Under the pieces are notes generated by a model that was not told the origin of the DNA, searched no databases, and was given only the letters and a program-made list of their open reading frames with translations. Made by a program: the position numbers and the translations under genes. A stretch of 64,000 nucleotides of DNA, taken from the NCBI GenBank assembly GCA_965197905.1, contig CBDAOB010000004.1, forward strand, positions 928,001 to 992,000, read 5' to 3'. Numbering within the stretch: position 1 is the first letter of the stretch; each line of letters opens with the position of its first letter. Shown here one piece after another: positions 32,025-42,197 of this stretch. Source of the stretch: Candidatus Latescibacterota bacterium. GTDB taxonomy: Bacteria; Latescibacterota; UBA2968; UBA8231.

Positions 32025-32434
32025 TATCGCCGCTCCTGGGCCACCCTACTGGCACGGGTTTTTGCATCGATGTGACGCGCTGTCCGGACTGTGGTGGTCG
32101 TATGAAGATCATCGCCGCCCTCACCGACCCACGTTCGATCCGCCGCTATCTGCACGGTATGGGCTTGCCGGCGCGGGCGCCGCCCATCGCATCCGCGCGA
32201 CCCCAACCGCAATTCGACTACGCCTGATTGGCTGAGGGCGAGGTATGTCTACCCGTTTTGAGCGGTTGCTCAAAAGCGGCGTTCAGGTGCCCGAAATAGA
32301 TCCGCACTAGCGATTCGCGGCCGTTTCCCATGGCCAGCCGACCATACGTTGCAAATGTCCCGAAAAACGCCGCACTAGACCGGCACGGACCCTCGGCGCA
32401 ACTGTCGATAACGGTGTTTATTCGTCCTGTACTT
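32025..32434 (+). mobile_element. IS91-family remnant: transposase C-terminus (32025-32227) + ~200-bp oriIS end
   Basis: WATLLARVF/IDVTRCPDCGGRMKIIAALTDPRSIRRYLHGMGLPARAPPIA...QFDYA*; ends CGGTGTTTATTCGTCCTGTACTT. Confidence 0.88.
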
Positions 32435-32702
32435 TGATGTGAAAACCGTTGCATTCGTCGACGATGACGAAAGAGAGTTGAGACGTTTTGAAAAAGCTCT
32501 TAGCCAGTACTTTCACGTGTAACTGGATTGGGTTACAGCCAATGTGCAGATATACTCGTGAAGAGTGGCAAAGCGAGGCCAGATCTTTGGGTGCTTGACC
32601 TATACTTCCCAGGGGACGGCGTAGTCAATAGTTCGGCGCAACGAGATGAAATGAATGTCAAATATCAACAATTGGAAAGCCATACGCGCGGGGGATGATA
32701 GC

Positions 32703-33473
32703 ATGTCATCTATTGAGTTGGCTTCGGGGTGTGCCATACCGCTCGTGGGGCTGGGCACCTGGAATTTGAGGGGTGGCGAGTGTACAGAGGCGGTGAAACG
32801 GGCGCTGGACATGGGCTACAGGCATATCGATACCGCGCATATGTACCGAAATCACGATGCTGTCGGTAAGGGCCTCAAGCAGAGCGGTATCGGTCGAGAG
32901 GACGTATTTGTCACCACAAAAATTTGGCATGATGCCCTCCGGTACGATCAGGTGATGGAACAATTCCAAAACTGCCTGGACGAGCTGAAGACCGAATTCG
33001 TAGACCTGTTGCTCATTCACTGGCCCAACGAGGCGGTGCCCTTAGAGGAGACGCTCAGGGCTTTCGACGAGATTCAAGTATCGGGTCGGACTCGCCATAT
33101 AGGCGTGAGTAACTTCTCTAACGAACAGGTGGACCAGGCCATCCAACTGGCCGAGGCGTCTATCTGCACTAACCAGGTTGAATGCCACGTCGGCCATTTC
33201 CAAGGATCTGTCTGGCGGCACTGCAGCGAAAACGGAGTTGTTGTCACCGCTCACCGGCCGCTGGCTGTAGGCGCCGCAGCGAACGACCCCACACTGGCCG
33301 AGATCGGAGCGGCACGTAACAAATCCGCTGCGCAGGTTGCCTTGCGGTGGCTGGCGCAGCGCCAGATTGTGGCCATTCCTAAGGCCAGCTCCGAAGCCCA
33401 TCTGCGAGAGAACATAGACATCTTCTCGTGGACCCTGGAGGAACAGGAAATGCAGCGAATTGACCAATTATAA
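32703..33473 (+). CDS. Aldo/keto reductase (DkgB-like)
   Basis: GLGTW, GYRHIDTA.MY, VTTKIW, DLLLIHWP, IGVSNF, IPKAS. Confidence 0.92.
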   Translation: MSSIELASGCAIPLVGLGTWNLRGGECTEAVKRALDMGYRHIDTAHMYRNHDAVGKGLKQSGIGREDVFVTTKIWHDALRYDQVMEQFQNCLDELKTEFVDLLLIHWPNEAVPLEETLRAFDEIQVSGRTRHIGVSNFSNEQVDQAIQLAEASICTNQVECHVGHFQGSVWRHCSENGVVVTAHRPLAVGAAANDPTLAEIGAARNKSAAQVALRWLAQRQIVAIPKASSEAHLRENIDIFSWTLEEQEMQRIDQL

Positions 33474-33553
33474 GAAGCGCAGAATGGCCCTGGTTCAAAA
33501 CGGGATCAGGGAACTCGAAGGTCGTCAGTGAGCATCCCAGGAATATCACAACC

Positions 33554-33973
33554 ATGCAATCATGCATCTTCTGCCAAATCGCTCGGCGCGAAGCGCCCGC
33601 AAGTATTGTCTATGCCGACGAGTTGGTTACCGGACTGATGGCACTGCATGCCCAAGGTCCGGGGCATATGCTCGTTATTCCGAATGAGCACGTCGCGATA
33701 ATAAGCAATCTGCCAGAGCTGTCTGCGCATGTGTTCTTCATCAGTATGCGGCTGGCTCACACGCTTTCTAGCGTACTGTCAAGCAGTGGTTGTACGTATC
33801 TTATGCATGAAGGCTTCGAAACGTTGCATGTTCATCTGCACATTATCCCAAGGCACATTGATGACCACGTGCAACTTGACCAACGGGCTCGCGAGACGCC
33901 ACGTGAGGAACTAGACCACATAGGCGCCCAGCTACGAAGGATGTACGAACTCTCCTGGCCAACTCACGATTGA
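33554..33973 (+). CDS. HIT family hydrolase
   Basis: CIFCQI, GHMLVIP, HVHLHIIPR. Confidence 0.9.
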   Translation: MQSCIFCQIARREAPASIVYADELVTGLMALHAQGPGHMLVIPNEHVAIISNLPELSAHVFFISMRLAHTLSSVLSSSGCTYLMHEGFETLHVHLHIIPRHIDDHVQLDQRARETPREELDHIGAQLRRMYELSWPTHD

Positions 33974-33998
33974 GGGAAAGATTACTTGATCCTTTGCC

Positions 33999-34657
33999 AT
34001 GACCAATTCTAACGCCGACGTCGACGCACTGGCGCAGCTAATTTGGGACTACCATCATGTTGAACACACATTGGATGAGTCGGACTGTATTATCGTCCTT
34101 GGTAGTAACGATCCTAGGGTAGCGAGCAAAGGCGCCGAGTTGTATCGAAACGGCTCGCTCCGCTTATGGTGTGCACGGGTAACGTGGGCAAACAGACTCG
34201 CGGCATGTACGAGAAATCGGAGGGTGCTTATTTCGCGGAGATTGCGATACGTGACGGTGTGCCTTCGAGCGACGTTCTTGTGGAGGACAGGGCCGGCAAC
34301 ACAGGCGAGAATTTTCGTTTTACTCGCGAATTACTGGGGGGACACGGAAGATATATTAGTGACGCGATCGTTGTTACGAAACCGTATATGGAGAGACGAG
34401 CATTGGCCACCGCAGGGGCTGAATGGCCCGAATTACTTGCGCGCGTCACCTCCCCTAGCATCGATTTTCCGGAGTATTTCACGGAGGATCTTGGCAAAGA
34501 CAAGATCATTAACCTGATTGTGGGGGATCTTCAACGAATTAGAGTATATCCGGGGCTAGGGTTTCAGATAAAGCAGGACATTCCGGCGAATGTATGGTCG
34601 GCGTTCGAGCGTCTGGTTGAATTGGGATACGATAGACACCTGGTGGCCACAGCATAA
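33999..34657 (+). CDS. YdcF/DUF218 family protein, frameshift near 34152
   Basis: IWDYH..DCIIVLGS.D in one frame; EDRAGNTGEN, KPYMERRA in the next. Confidence 0.85.
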
Positions 34658-35103
34658 CAACTGTTTCGAGGAGATTTAGAACCAGGGCTAAATTTCTGAG
34701 GATGGGACTGTATTTTCTGCGCGGAGTGAAGGGAGACCTCGACGGACGCCACACAATTTCCTAGTTTGCGTCCACCGAATCCGGTAGTCAGAACTAACGG
34801 CCATGCCAGATCACCAATTCGAAGACCCCGAGTTAGCTGCTCTCTACGATTTGTTCGCGCCGCCGGCTGCAAGGGGAGATTTCGGATTCTCCCGGTCACA
34901 CGCCTGGTCATACGCTTTACCATTGGCGCGATAGGCGCAGGGAATTTCTGTTCTCTGGGCATGTTATGAAATTGGTCTTCGGCAAATGGGAGCTATTTTT
35001 CAACCCCACAAAAGCGCCAAGAGCTACTCAGTTCGATCATCTTTCCGGGGCAGATTATCTTTTGCCGACTTCATCCCGCTATCGGGCACTCAGACAAAGG
35101 GAT

Positions 35104-35495
35104 CTCACGCCGTCGTGGTCGGACGGCACCACCCACCTGATCCTTTCTCCCCTCGAACTCATCGAGAAGCTCGCCACTTTGGTACCGCCGCCGCGGCTGA
35201 ATCTGATTCGCTATCACGGGGTGTTGGCACCCAACGCCGCCGATCGCATCGGCGCGACTAGATCCCCAACCGCAATTCGACTACGCCTGATCCTCTTCGG
35301 GTGAAGTGTGTCTATCCTCTTGAGCGGCTGCTTAAAAGCGGCGTTCAAGTGCCCAAAATAGATCCGCAATAGCGCTTCGCGGCCGTTTCCCATGGCCCGC
35401 CACCCCTACGTTGCAAATGTCCCGAAAAAACCCCACCAGAGCGGCACGGACCCTCGGCGCAACTATCGATAGCGGTGTTTATTCTTCCTATACTT
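35104..35495 (+). mobile_element. Internally deleted IS91-family element: transposase fragment + oriIS end
   Basis: WSDGTTHLILSPLELIEKLATLVPPPRLNLIRYHGVLAPNA (Y2 transposase motif) jumps to the QFDYA* tail; ends CGGTGTTTATTCTTCCTATACTT. Confidence 0.9.
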
Positions 35496-36648
35496 TTTCG
35501 GTGCGTCTGACCGCCAGCATAAAGCCCAAACAGGCCAACGGCGCCAGCGCCAGTAAAGCCATCGCCGTCTCCAGTCCGAAGGCATCGGCGACAATGCCGA
35601 TGCAAAGGGGGCCGGCGAAAGCACCGACCACGGCCACCATCGTCAAGACCGCAAACATGGTAGCACCGCTGTCGGGAAAGCGATTGGCAGCGTAGCTGAC
35701 CATCGTGGGAAAGAAGCAGGAGACGCCGAGGGCGAGGGCGTTTAGACAGGCGATCGTGAAAAGCGTACTGGTGGGCATGGCGGCCAGCGCCAGGCTGACG
35801 GCGCAGAACGGGGCGGCGGCTAGGAAGAACGAGTGGATGCCCATGCGCTCGACCAAGCGGACGCCGAAGATGCGACCAAACGACATCGTAACGCCCAGGG
35901 CCAGGAGCGCGACGATACCCGCGGTCTTGGTTCCCCCAGCGACCTGCTCGATGAAATAGGGGGCCCAGGTAAGTGGTCCCACCTCGGTGGCACCGGAGAA
36001 AAACATGGCCGCACACAGGAGCAGGAAGGCAGGATGGCGCAAAGCCTTTCGCAGCGGCGGCCGTACCCCCCGATCCACCGCCGCCGTGGCCGGCGGTACG
36101 GGAACGAAAAGAGCGGCGACGCCGTAGGACAACACGACAACCGCGAGCAGCCGGAAGGTTTCGCGCCAACTCCAGGCCAGTTCGTGAAGGGTTAACAAAA
36201 GAAGGACAAGGACGATCATGCCGAGGTAGAAATTGGCGTGAAGAATGGCCGTAACTTTGACACGTGCGCGGGGGTAGATCGCACACAGGACCGCGTTCAT
36301 GGGGGCGGGCGTCAAACCCCGACCGCTACCGGCCAAAAAGCTGGCTGCGGTGGCCTCGGTGAGATTCTGGGCGCCGGCTACGAGCCAGAGCCCGCAGAAC
36401 TGCACAAGACCGCTGAGTAGTAACAGATAACGCAGGCCGATGCGCTCCCCCAGCCAGCCGGAAAAGAGCATGACCAACGCAAGCCCCCAGTAACCGGCGG
36501 ACAGGAAAACCCCCATCCCGGCAGCGGATACCATGCCAAGATCGGCAGCTATGGAACCGACGGAGATGGCCGGGGTGACAGTGAAGCCACTGCCCGTAGC
36601 CATGCAATAACAGCACAGCATCAGGGTTGCCCGGCGGGAATAGTTCAA
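35488..36648 (-). CDS. MFS transporter
   Basis: About 12 hydrophobic segments, GWLGERIGLR motif A; stop codon lies inside the oriIS end. Confidence 0.88.
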   Translation of the reverse strand: MNYSRRATLMLCCYCMATGSGFTVTPAISVGSIAADLGMVSAAGMGVFLSAGYWGLALVMLFSGWLGERIGLRYLLLLSGLVQFCGLWLVAGAQNLTEATAASFLAGSGRGLTPAPMNAVLCAIYPRARVKVTAILHANFYLGMIVLVLLLLTLHELAWSWRETFRLLAVVVLSYGVAALFVPVPPATAAVDRGVRPPLRKALRHPAFLLLCAAMFFSGATEVGPLTWAPYFIEQVAGGTKTAGIVALLALGVTMSFGRIFGVRLVERMGIHSFFLAAAPFCAVSLALAAMPTSTLFTIACLNALALGVSCFFPTMVSYAANRFPDSGATMFAVLTMVAVVGAFAGPLCIGIVADAFGLETAMALLALAPLACLGFMLAVRRTEKV

Positions 36649-37076
36649 GGTGGCGGAATTTCGCTATGCCGCGGCGACGGCGGCGCGACGGCGGGCGGGC
36701 ATTTTGGTTTCAACAGTGGTATGTCGTCTTTTTCCAACGGGAGCCAGATTGCGTTCCTGGGAGTGAATGATGGCCGAACTCGCCGTGAGTGGGCGCGCCC
36801 GGCGAAGCGGAGAGGAAACAGTACATGGAGCGAGGCTACGTCAAGAATCTGCCCGGTCTCGATCAGGAAGGGGTAGCCGAACTGCAGCGCCGGATGCTAA
36901 CTACTGGCCATAGGAAGCAATGCCACGACCTGGTTAGCCCATGAGGTGAAGTGCGCTCTTCACAGCCAGGTGTTGCCCGCTTTTCTCGAGGGAGAGCCTG
37001 TATTAAATTCCACCCCTGCAAGCGACTGAGATGTCGAGCGGAGGGCATCGTTTTCCGACTCGGCGGAGGATACGAA

Positions 37077-37280
37077 ATGGCGAAGGACCTCGGTGTGGGC
37101 ATTCTGGGGGCAGGCCGTGTCTCATGCGATCACGCCTACGCCTCGATGGGGATGCTACGATGAGTACAAGAAGCGCCACGACGATCTCTGGCCCGAGCTA
37201 TCGGAGGTGATGAGCCAGAAGGGCATCGACATGGTGATCTACCGGCACGAGGACCTGCTTTTCGTGTACGGTACCGCCCC
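37077..37280 (+). pseudogene. Fused scraps: Gfo/Idh/MocA N-terminus + L-rhamnose mutarotase fragment
   Basis: MAKDLGVGILGAG; then YDEYKKRHDDLWPELSEVMSQKGI...LFVY. Confidence 0.75.
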
Positions 37281-37328
37281 TCGCAGGGGGCCGCCGCAAT
37301 CCGGACAGCGCGTCACATCGATGCGAGA
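37281..37328 (-). mobile_element. IS91 transposase micro-fragment
   Basis: Reverse complement GCATCGATGTGACGCGCTGTCCGGA identical to 32065-32089; RIDVTRCPDCGGPLR. Confidence 0.75.
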
Positions 37329-37606
37329 AACAGTTGTCCTGGGGTTGTCCCACGGAACCCGTTGCCAGCTGCAAGCGGATCGCCGACGACTCCCGCTACG
37401 ACTCCCCCTTCGTTCAGCCTAAGCCCAGCATAGCCCGATGAGTCACGGCCGCCTTCCTCTACTTCTAGAGGCTCTCACAGCGAGGGGTCCGCCGAGACGC
37501 ATGACTCGTGAGGGAGTCTTCAACTAGTCTCCAACTAGACCTCAACTAGACGGCGTCACGCGGGATCTGCCCCGTGTTCGAACAGCGCGCGCGCCTCGGA
37601 AGCGAC

Positions 37607-39395
37607 CTACGGCCGATAGTGGATCGGCGATGTATATGCGCGCTCTTGAATCGACAGCGCTCGGATCGAAATCCGGATCGGTCCACACCGCCGACAATGT
37701 CGCGCTGCCGTGTTCGTTCGTGTACATCGCGGTGGCGGGATCGACCGTATCGGGTACGCGCGGCACACGGCCCTGCGCATCGGGCTTGCGCTTGCCTTCA
37801 GCTTGCCCAGCCCAGGCCACATCGTAGACACGCTCGCGCAGAGTACCACCCTCGATCCAGCCCTTCACCACTTGAATGCGATCGAGGTGCGCGCTCATCG
37901 CGTCCTTGGCCGCGTGGATCAAGAAGCCGGGCGCCCTCGTGAGTGCGCGGAGTTCGCCTCCCATTGGCACGCCGCCTGCCTTGCCGATGCCGGCGATGTC
38001 CGTGGCTCGCTCGTCGCCCGCCTTGATTCCCGCGCCGCCGTAGACCCGAACCCGGATCCGCGACCCGGTTGTCGCATACACCTCGCGCCGTTTGAACGCA
38101 GCCAGGATCGCATCGCGCGTATTTTCTTCCGCCCACACCGCGGCCAGCCCCGAAGCCGACATCGTCCAGCCATTCAGGCCACTCGTGCGACCATCATTCA
38201 GGCCTTGCTTGCTCTCGGGCGTCGAGTCCATCGCGAACTTGCCCCAGAAATTCGGCTCCTAGGCGCTGGAAACGCCGCCGTGCGAATCCGTCGAACCGAT
38301 CAAACCAAAGCGATACGGATTGAAGCCAATGCGCTCCTCGATCGCGAGCCCGGTGAGCAGCCCCGAACGCACGTAGTCCGCCGGTTTTGGGTCGTAGGGG
38401 GGAGGATCGGGTTGTGAGTAGAAGGGAAACTCTTCGAAGTCGGCGAAGGGGTCATCCGGTGACAGTGTGGGGTGAGTCTCCGAATCGCCCTTGATCTGGG
38501 TCGCCTCCACGACGGTCTCCCACTTGGCACGGTGCTTTACCCAGGCCGCATCGATCGGCGTTCCCCGCAGCCGCTCCTCCGCCGGAAACATGTAGCCCTT
38601 CGAGAGGTTCGAGTTATGGGGGATCGCAACGAAGTCCGCACCTGTCGCCGCAGCCGTTTCGTCGAGCCAGGTCCACAGGTCTTCGGGATAGTTGCTTTGG
38701 TCCGAGCCAAAGGGCATGAAGTTCTTTGCCACACTGGCGTCCGCACTCGTAAAGACGACGCGATGCAGGCTCGCGCCAGCGGGCCTCGAACTCCACTCCC
38801 ACCCGATCAGCGCGGTGAACTGGCCTGGCGCGTTGTGCCGATCGGCGAGCAGGATCGCTTCGTCCCAGATCGTTCGCGCCATGGCGGCGCCACCCGGGAG
38901 CGTGGAGCCACCACGCGGCATCGCGGCATCGGTCCGGACATCCTCTTCTGCCGTCAAGACATGCCTCATGATGTCGATCCCCTCGCCCTTCTCGAGCTTC
39001 CCCCGCACCCACCACATAAGGACGGGTGCCGCCAGACTTTCGAAGAATCCGAGCTCTTCCTGTGGCACACCGCGTTCCATCGCATAACGCAGGACGCCCA
39101 GGCCCTCGGCGTGGTCGGCGATCACCAGGAAATCGAGGGGCGTATCGATCTGCACCCGGGCGCGGTTGCCGGGATGGACGACTGGCAGGCCCTTGGCAAA
39201 GCGATAGGCGGTTTCGGGGTCGGCCGTCATGTTGCCGAAGAGGTAGGCATCGGTGGAGTTAGAGGAGTGGAGGTGCGTATCGCCCCAGAGCAGCTGATCC
39301 TGCGCCGTCGCGGTACCAGCGAGTGCCGCAAGAGAGGCCAGTGCGATGATGGATACGCTGTACAGTTTCGCGACCTCGCGATGGTTGAGCTTCAT
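37607..39395 (-). pseudogene. DUF3604 (PHP-like) secreted protein with in-frame TAG (38259-38261) and small C-terminal deletion
   Basis: WGDTHLHS, GWEWSS, QIKGDSETHP, GSTDSH..SSA*EPNFWGK, REVYATTG, WTDPDFDP|IQERAYTSPI. Confidence 0.85.
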
Positions 39396-39466
39396 GACTC
39401 GGGATCCGTCCTCCGCGATGGGAATGGGGGCTCGCGGTGCTCCTCGGCTTGGATGGCGTTCCGCAA

Positions 39467-40123
39467 CTAGGCTCGCGCGTTGTGGCGTAGCTGCGCGGTC
39501 AGTCCCAGCAGAGTGAAGACCATGGCCAGCAAGAAGCGAGGGTCACCCGCTTGCTGCCAGGGGTCGAGGGGAAACGCGATCGTCTTCTTGAGTGCGGCCA
39601 CCTTGAACGAGTGAATCTCCGAGCCGGATGTCGACATCTCTTCGATCATCTCCATGATGTCACGTCGGCTGCGGTAACGAACCAAGAGACCCATGTCCCA
39701 GTCTTCGCCGCCTTCGATTCCCCAGATATCGAGGGCCGTGTTGGCAGCGGTTCCCCCCATGACGGGATGAGCAGCGCGCCTCAACGCCTTGGCAAAAAAC
39801 GGTTCCGAGTAGCGATTGACGACTTCTTCCGAGGTATCACCGGGTTCGACGCCCTCCACGAGTTTGGGCGTATCGAAGAGGTCAACCGCATTCCACATGG
39901 CAAAGTCGTCGCCCGTATCGCTCTTCATGAAGCTGATCCAGCGCTCACGGTCGTCATTCATGTCCGGGGCGCTGGCGAGTACCTGGGAGTAGTGTTCGAT
40001 TTCTTCGTCGCTGAGCGGCCCGCCGAAGGAGCTGTACCAGTAGAAGAAGACCGCGTAGACGATCCCGAGGACTGCCCAGCTCCGTGAGAGTCCCTTGCTG
40101 CTCGCTTGATCGTCTTTGGCCAC
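39467..40123 (-). CDS. Hypothetical membrane-anchored protein
   Basis: Two terminal TM segments, LVRYRSRRD motif, GGGAG RBS before GTG. Confidence 0.7.
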   Translation of the reverse strand: MAKDDQASSKGLSRSWAVLGIVYAVFFYWYSSFGGPLSDEEIEHYSQVLASAPDMNDDRERWISFMKSDTGDDFAMWNAVDLFDTPKLVEGVEPGDTSEEVVNRYSEPFFAKALRRAAHPVMGGTAANTALDIWGIEGGEDWDMGLLVRYRSRRDIMEMIEEMSTSGSEIHSFKVAALKKTIAFPLDPWQQAGDPRFLLAMVFTLLGLTAQLRHNARA

Positions 40124-40500
40124 GCGCTGCTCCCGGTCGAGAATCCGATTCGATGAAGAGTGCTCTCCGAGGAGTCTGATCTTTGACATGGTTACAGTCA
40201 ATAGTTCGCGATGCGAGGGGTGCGACGTGCGACTTACTGTTGAAATAAGGAAAAATTTCGGTAGGTACCGGACGGATACCAGGAGATTCACAACAGATGG
40301 GATGATCCTATCGGGTGCCTCTTCAATCACTCAAATGGGCCGGCCGAACTCGGTGAACCCGATCTCGTATCCCCGACGATCCGAGCGCAGAAACGGGTGT
40401 TCCGTTACAACCTCCTTCAACCACCCCTCGCTCGCACTCGCAGCGGAGGATATGGAGAGCGCAGAGGCAATGGCCACAACGGTCACGAACCTGGAAAAAT

Positions 40501-40903
40501 TCAATTCGGCCGCTCCAGATATTCGCAGAACGCGTTGGCCAACCGCATCCTCGGGCTCTTGCAGTCCGGCTCGAACAACCGCGGACTCGCAAGCAGGATG
40601 CAGACGCACCGGGCTCTCGAAGTAGCGACGTTTAAGCGATTGAGACTGTAGAGAAACTCCATGCCCCGCGGGGCTTCTTCGGCAGAGGAGGTGGTCATAG
40701 AGTAGATCACAACGGCCGCCTCCTGCCCTTGGAATTTGTCCACTCGGGCATGCGGCAAACGGGCTTGCAGATCCGCAACCTGCACGTTGTACGGCGCCAC
40801 GATCAAGATGTCATCGTTGGTCAACGGTTTCTCCACGCCCTCGCCTGTCGTCCACGTCACGCCGCCCCGCAATAGCTCCCGCATCACCTCCTCGACGCAG
40901 TCA
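40501..40903 (-). pseudogene. 3' fragment of SF1 DNA2/NAM7-like helicase (AAA_12; TM0106-type)
   Basis: IVAPYNVQV, VDKFQGQE, NRLNVATSRA; begins exactly at the oriIS end. Confidence 0.85.
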
Positions 40904-40990
40904 AAGTATAGGACAAGCAAAGACCGTTATCGATAGTTGCGCCGAGGGTCCATGCCGCTCTGGTGGGGGTTTTTTCGGGACATTTGCAAG
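40904..40990 (-). mobile_element. oriIS stub, subfamily A
   Basis: Reverse complement ends CTATCGATAACGGTCTTTGCTTGTCCTATACTT. Confidence 0.82.
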
Positions 40991-41009
40991 CGCGGTAAAC
41001 CGGTTACCC

Positions 41010-41528
41010 CTACTTGAACTGCGCCGCGTCTTTGAACCTGCGGCCGCGGTCCGCGACCCGGCGTTCCCTCACGAACGACATGATTGGTACTCCGTAACCG
41101 CAGCTCGTCTGGGTTTGCTCCACGTCGACCTCGATCACCTGCCGCGGCGGCAGCTTGAGCTCCTCGGCCGGAGATTCGAACAACCGCTCCGAAAGCGGGG
41201 ATTCCTCGAACGGTACAGCCCGGGCGGTGCCATAGAGCCGTACGATAGCCACATCCGCTTCGCCAAAGGAGCAAACCATCACCGTCACCGGCCCACCGGC
41301 TTCGGCGTGACGGGCGGTCTCGTTGCCGCTGCCGGCGTAGTCGAGATAGGCGACCCGATTGGGCGTGATGATGTGCAGAGGGGTTGCCCCCTTCGGCGAG
41401 AGGTTGATCGGTCCGACATTCTTCTGGCCGCTGCGCAACTCCGGATCCGCGGTAGCGATGAAGAAAACCGCCGAGCTGCGAATCAGATCTGCCTGCTCAT
41501 CGGTTATCTGTTTAAAGTATCCTCCCAT
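41010..41528 (-). CDS. Pyridoxamine 5'-phosphate oxidase-like FMN-binding protein
   Basis: FFIATA, NLSPKG, YLDYAGSGNET.RH, TSCGYGVP. Confidence 0.88.
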   Translation of the reverse strand: MGGYFKQITDEQADLIRSSAVFFIATADPELRSGQKNVGPINLSPKGATPLHIITPNRVAYLDYAGSGNETARHAEAGGPVTVMVCSFGEADVAIVRLYGTARAVPFEESPLSERLFESPAEELKLPPRQVIEVDVEQTQTSCGYGVPIMSFVRERRVADRGRRFKDAAQFK

Positions 41529-41571
41529 TTCGTCCGTCCTTTTTCGGTTCGTGGGTTGTCGAGCGCTGGTA

Positions 41572-41821
41572 TCAATTTGGCGCGCCGAGCTCCAGATCGG
41601 ATTCCCGCTTGCGAAAACAGACCTGGACGGGCAGCTCGTGCATGCGTTCGGCGCATGAGATGTTGAAAATGACCGCGCCGATCGAAGCCACGTCCAAGCC
41701 GCGGGAGACGTACTCCCCGGTCCATCCCTCGTAGACAGGATCCTTCCACTTCTCTATGCTCGCCTTGAAGGTGAAACGTTCGAACCAGTTCGCGGGGACC
41801 TGGGCGGTGTCCAGTATGCGT
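41572..41821 (-). pseudogene. Headless 3' gene fragment (unknown family) starting at the oriIS end
   Basis: About 82 open codons with GC3 bias (RILDTAQVPANWFERF...ELGAPN*), no start or RBS. Confidence 0.55.
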
Positions 41822-42062
41822 AAGTATAGGACAAATAAACACCGTTATCGATAGTTGCGCCGAGGGTCCGTGCCGCTCTGGTGGGGGTTTCGGGACATTT
41901 GCAAGGTATGGTCGGCTGGCCATGGGAAACGGCCGCGAAGCGCTATCGCGGATCTATTTCGGCCACCTGAACGCAGCTTTTGAGCAACCGCTCAAAACGG
42001 GTAGACATACCTCGCCCGCAGAGGATCAGGCGTAGTCGAATTGCGGTGGGATCTGGTCGCGC
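41822..42062 (-). mobile_element. oriIS end, subfamily A, with transposase stop remnant
   Basis: Reverse complement closely matches 32200-32434 and 35255-35495. Confidence 0.88.
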
Positions 42063-42197
42063 GGGAGCGAACGCCGGCGTCCACTCCGCCCCTCGTCACC
42101 AGTAAAATCAAAAAGTTACAAGACTTGATGCCCGATCTTGTATTAGTACTCTCTGCTGCGTTGACCATTCACGACATCCAGCCAGTTAGCTGACATC

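Noticed and set aside
30763..32124. Long antisense or alternate-frame ORFs (453 aa here; also 15980..17176, 17728..18723, 28305..29318, 38472..39470, 56250..57311)
   Set aside because: Shadow ORFs of well-supported genes in GC-rich DNA, with no motifs.
34966..35304. 112-aa ORF as a functional transposase
   Set aside because: Only ~45 aa match IS91 transposase; the HUH motif and N-terminal zinc domain are absent.
40501..40920. Helicase as part of a Helitron-like RepHel or defence system
   Set aside because: It is only a headless AAA_12 C-terminal fragment with small deletions; better explained as disrupted target or cargo.
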